Source of the DNA: an uncultured Ignavibacteriales bacterium
Lineage (GTDB): Bacteria; Zixibacteria; MSB-5A5; GN15; FEB-12
NCBI GenBank assembly: GCA_964464605.1
Contig: CAYXJN010000002.1
Location: 248,001 to 312,000 of the forward strand
DNA: 64,000 bases
Direction of reading: 5' to 3'
In this document: one piece after another, positions 60,859-64,000 of the stretch
Layout: each line of letters begins with the position of its first letter
Numbering within the stretch: position 1 is the first letter of the stretch
Notes under the pieces: generated by a model
The model's input: only the letters and a program-made list of their open reading frames with translations
Database searches by the model: none
What the model was told of the DNA's origin: nothing
Position numbers and translations under genes: made by a program

Positions 60859-62556
60859 CTATTTGACCATCACCATCTTTTTCGTTTCAGAAAATGCACC
60901 GGCCTGAATACGATAAAAATAGACACCGCTGGCGACCTTGCCGCCGTTGGTATCACGTCCATCCCAATCAACTGTATATGCACCGGCACTCTGCGTTTCA
61001 TTAACTAACTGACGAATCTGTTGGCCGAGTACATTGAACACAGTGATCGTTACCTGAGACTTGGACGGGAGATCATAATCGATCGTCGTAGTCGGGTTGA
61101 ATGGGTTCGGATAATTCTGCGCTAAAGAGAAATTCGCAGGCAAAACATTCCCCGGACGTTCTTTCACCGGCGTCGGAGAATCAGTCGTACCGCCGACAAT
61201 GAACCCATCATCTACCCCTCCGGTCGGCACCGGGAATGGCGTGAGAGGAGTAAACGTCGTTGCGAAAGAGCCGCCGTAGTTTCCGGCAATGGTGACATTG
61301 GTCGTTGTTCTATTCACGTCCATTGCGTTGGCAGTAATACTGGGAAACGTCGAGCCGCTTTGTTTCCCCCATTGCAAAACCCCGGAGGAACTTATTTTTA
61401 ACAACAGCGCGTCACCACCCGCGGTAACGGAGAAGGTCGAACCACCAAAGGTTACCGATGTATTATAGTGAGCAAGGACTAAGATGGCCGATTCATTCGA
61501 AACGAGCCTTACATCCTTCGCTGTTGCGAAATAGATATTGCTCGGTGCGCTCCCACCCAATACCCAGACAACATTTCCGGCGGCGTCATACTTGGCAACG
61601 AACATTGACCAGAATGCTCCTCCGGCGTTAATCGTATCAGTGTCGAACACCGTACTGTCTTCGTATTGACCGACCAGATACACATTACCGCTGTGATCGG
61701 CGGCAAGACCATGCCCGGCATCGCCTAAATTGTTATCATCGCTGCCGGTGGCTTTAGCCCAGATTCCGTTCCCATCCTTGTCGAATTTAGCGATAAAAAT
61801 ATCCCATTCGCCGGGCGGACCTGCGTCCATTGTTACTCCGCCAATCGTTGCCTTACCGACTACAATACCGGTAATAAAGACATAATCTCCGGTCGGGTCT
61901 ACTTCGACATCATTAATCAAAATCTGTCCGGAATCCATTGAAGCTTGAATCGTCCAGAGCGAATCACCATTGGAATTAAACTTTCCAAGCGTAATACTAT
62001 TGCCGACATAGATTGATCCATCCGAACTATAGTCGATGCCGCCGATACTGGCGACTGACACTCCATTGGCAGGTTTTACCCACTGGATGGTACCGCTGGT
62101 ATTGTATTTTGCAATCCATGCAAAATGGCCGAGGGACTCATGAAGCATCGTTCCGCCGACATTCACCGAATCATGGAAATAACCGAGCGCGTAGGAATTT
62201 CCGGCCGGATCGACGGCGATATCGACACCCTGATCCTGATCATACGGACCAAGCATCGTTCGCACCCATTGTACCGTTCCTGTGCTATTCAGTTTTGCAA
62301 TGTAGGCTTCAAGGCCGTTGCCGACGCCGACATATTTTGTGCCGCCGAAGGTCATACTATCATTGAATGTTCCGACAATGTAGTTATTGCCGTTATCATC
62401 AATAGCTACCCCATTTACCGTGTTATCATAAAAACTCCATCCCCCCATACCGACCGGTCTGGTTCCCCATGTCCATGCAGCCTGGCTAAATGCATTGCTG
62501 AATGCGATGCATGAAAGACAGAAAACCAACACAGCAAAACGATACCTAATTTTCAT
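60859..62556 (-). CDS. Secreted SBBP-like beta-propeller protein with an FlgD-Ig/T9SS-type C-terminal domain
   Basis: Signal peptide; repeated D-x-x-GN-x-Y and AK(F/Y)D-x-x-G-x-x-x-W motifs; C-terminal QNYPNPFNPTT...SGVYFYR...KKMVMVK. Confidence 0.85.
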   Translation of the reverse strand: MKIRYRFAVLVFCLSCIAFSNAFSQAAWTWGTRPVGMGGWSFYDNTVNGVAIDDNGNNYIVGTFNDSMTFGGTKYVGVGNGLEAYIAKLNSTGTVQWVRTMLGPYDQDQGVDIAVDPAGNSYALGYFHDSVNVGGTMLHESLGHFAWIAKYNTSGTIQWVKPANGVSVASIGGIDYSSDGSIYVGNSITLGKFNSNGDSLWTIQASMDSGQILINDVEVDPTGDYVFITGIVVGKATIGGVTMDAGPPGEWDIFIAKFDKDGNGIWAKATGSDDNNLGDAGHGLAADHSGNVYLVGQYEDSTVFDTDTINAGGAFWSMFVAKYDAAGNVVWVLGGSAPSNIYFATAKDVRLVSNESAILVLAHYNTSVTFGGSTFSVTAGGDALLLKISSSGVLQWGKQSGSTFPSITANAMDVNRTTTNVTIAGNYGGSFATTFTPLTPFPVPTGGVDDGFIVGGTTDSPTPVKERPGNVLPANFSLAQNYPNPFNPTTTIDYDLPSKSQVTITVFNVLGQQIRQLVNETQSAGAYTVDWDGRDTNGGKVASGVYFYRIQAGAFSETKKMVMVK

Positions 62557-62648
62557 CAAATCCTCCCAAGACTGTTCAATTCTCTTTGGTATAATGTATA
62601 TGAGTCGGGCAGATTGGGCAAGTGACCGCTAAGTCATTTTATACCAAT

Positions 62649-62679
62649 AAAAAAGGCAGTGATCACTCACTGCCTTTTT
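62649..62679 (-). terminator. Intrinsic terminator
   Basis: AAAAAGGCAGTGA-tcac-TCACTGCCTTTTT. Confidence 0.8.
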
Positions 62680-62695
62680 GTCGGTCATGAACTGA

Positions 62696-64000
62696 CTACT
62701 TTACTAACATCATCTTTTTCGTTTCTGTGACTTCCCCGGCCTGAATACGATAGAGATACATCCCTGTCGCCGCCCGTTTACCGGCAGCGTTTAATCCATC
62801 CCACTGCACAGTGTACGCACCGGCGCTTTGGATTTCGTTCACCAAGGTGGCGACTTCTTCACCGAGAATGTTGAAGACTTTCACCGTTACCTGTGAACGC
62901 GTCGGAACACTATACTCGATCGTCGTCGACGGATTAAACGGATTCGGGTAATTCTGCAGCAGGGATACGGTAGTCGGCAGAATATCGACCGGTTTTTCTT
63001 TCACCGGAGTCGGGGAATCAGTAGTCGCAGTCGCAACGAATCCGTCGTAATTGTTTAGCGGTGAATTCAGATGATATATCCCGAATTTGGAATCATCAAT
63101 ATGCCACCCGGAAACACTCAGCGTTGATGTTGTACGGTTAACGTCCATAGAAGTAAGGCTGGTCGTTATCCAGTTGGTATCGGTTCGAAGCGCCCAATCA
63201 ACCGCGCCGGTTGCCGCATCAAGCTTAAATACAATCGGCTCAATACCGAGCAGGAGGCTATAGGTTGCTCCATCAAATGACATATTCTGCACATAGTGAG
63301 CAGCCACTAAAACAGCGTCATCATTCTCCACCACGCGAACATCGAGTCCATCTGATGTTGTACCCGCGAACGTGGAAGATGCGCCTTTCACCCATTCCAG
63401 ATTTCCATTGGGGTCATACTTGGCAACAAAGAATGCGTGACCGGAAAAGTTGGAGTAGACCGTGTCGGCATCGAAATAGGCATAATCGGCATACGTTCCG
63501 GTAACGTAGACATTCCCAGAACCGTCAACATCAACGCCAAAACCTTGATCTTGCGTTGTGGTCGTACCGCCGGCACGTTTTGCCCAGATCGCATTGCCAT
63601 TTTTATCAAATTTGGCGACAAACATATCCCTATCGGTAATCATCGGTGTCGTTAAGTGCGTGGTTCCAATTTGCGCACTCAGCCCAAACATTCCGGTAAT
63701 GTAGACATAGTCACCGCTTTCATCCACAGCGATATCATCTATCTGAAACGATGTGCTACCGCCAAGCGGAATCTGCCAGGTCCACACCGAGTCACCAGTG
63801 TTCGCATTGTATTTAGTCAACGATAATCCACAGCCAACATAGACGTGTCCGGTCGAGCTGTATGCCACTCCACCCCAAAGTCCGGTTTGGTTACCAGCGG
63901 CTCGCCGCGCCCATTGCACTGTCCCACTGCTGCTGTATTTAGCGATTGCTATCAATGTTGAGCCGGCTTCGTATACTTTCATGCCATCGAAATTAAGTGA
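62696..64000 (-). CDS. Second SBBP-like propeller protein with an FlgD-Ig/T9SS-type CTD (5' end outside the window)
   Basis: Frame is open to the window edge; paralogous to 60859-62556; QNYPNPFNPST...KKMMLVK. Confidence 0.85.
   Translation of the reverse strand, partial: SLNFDGMKVYEAGSTLIAIAKYSSSGTVQWARRAAGNQTGLWGGVAYSSTGHVYVGCGLSLTKYNANTGDSVWTWQIPLGGSTSFQIDDIAVDESGDYVYITGMFGLSAQIGTTHLTTPMITDRDMFVAKFDKNGNAIWAKRAGGTTTTQDQGFGVDVDGSGNVYVTGTYADYAYFDADTVYSNFSGHAFFVAKYDPNGNLEWVKGASSTFAGTTSDGLDVRVVENDDAVLVAAHYVQNMSFDGATYSLLLGIEPIVFKLDAATGAVDWALRTDTNWITTSLTSMDVNRTTSTLSVSGWHIDDSKFGIYHLNSPLNNYDGFVATATTDSPTPVKEKPVDILPTTVSLLQNYPNPFNPSTTIEYSVPTRSQVTVKVFNILGEEVATLVNEIQSAGAYTVQWDGLNAAGKRAATGMYLYRIQAGEVTETKKMMLVK

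Overview
Gene-dense bacterial chromosomal segment of moderate GC. It most resembles a non-Bacteroidetes FCB-group organism such as candidate division Zixibacteria; this is an inference from the PorV/PorQ-like barrel and the FlgD-Ig/T9SS-type C-terminal domain proteins. From left to right it contains: ogt (partial), a HAD phosphatase and a degenerate signal-peptidase-I homolog; ctpA; rlmN with two exported hypotheticals; tRNA-Pro, rlmI and dedA; a TolC/CusB/CusA heavy-metal efflux operon headed by a Cys-rich protein; tRNA-Arg, an ICL/PEP-mutase gene and tRNA-Gly; a housekeeping run (tatC, nrdR, cutA, glyA, rpiB, ilvE, bioY); a leucine/branched-chain acyl-CoA catabolism cluster that includes AtuA; hsp20-dnaJ-clpB; a peptidase/propeller-Omp85 + BamB-like + HEAT operon; a GT9-GmhB fusion; uppP; an orphan sbcD; and a sigma54-wired envelope cluster (response regulator, FN3 lipoprotein, PEGA protein, priming sugar transferase, PorV-like barrel, GT-C glycosyltransferase, two CTD-bearing propeller proteins). 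The most notable unexplained element is an ORF-free stretch of about 385 nt between tatC and tRNA-Gly that folds into about 10 helices. Its G-U pairs favour the minus strand, it has its own -10 box, and it matches no housekeeping RNA I recognise, so it is a candidate novel large ncRNA. No CRISPR array, transposase or integrase was seen. All assignments were made by eye from motifs, with no database searches.
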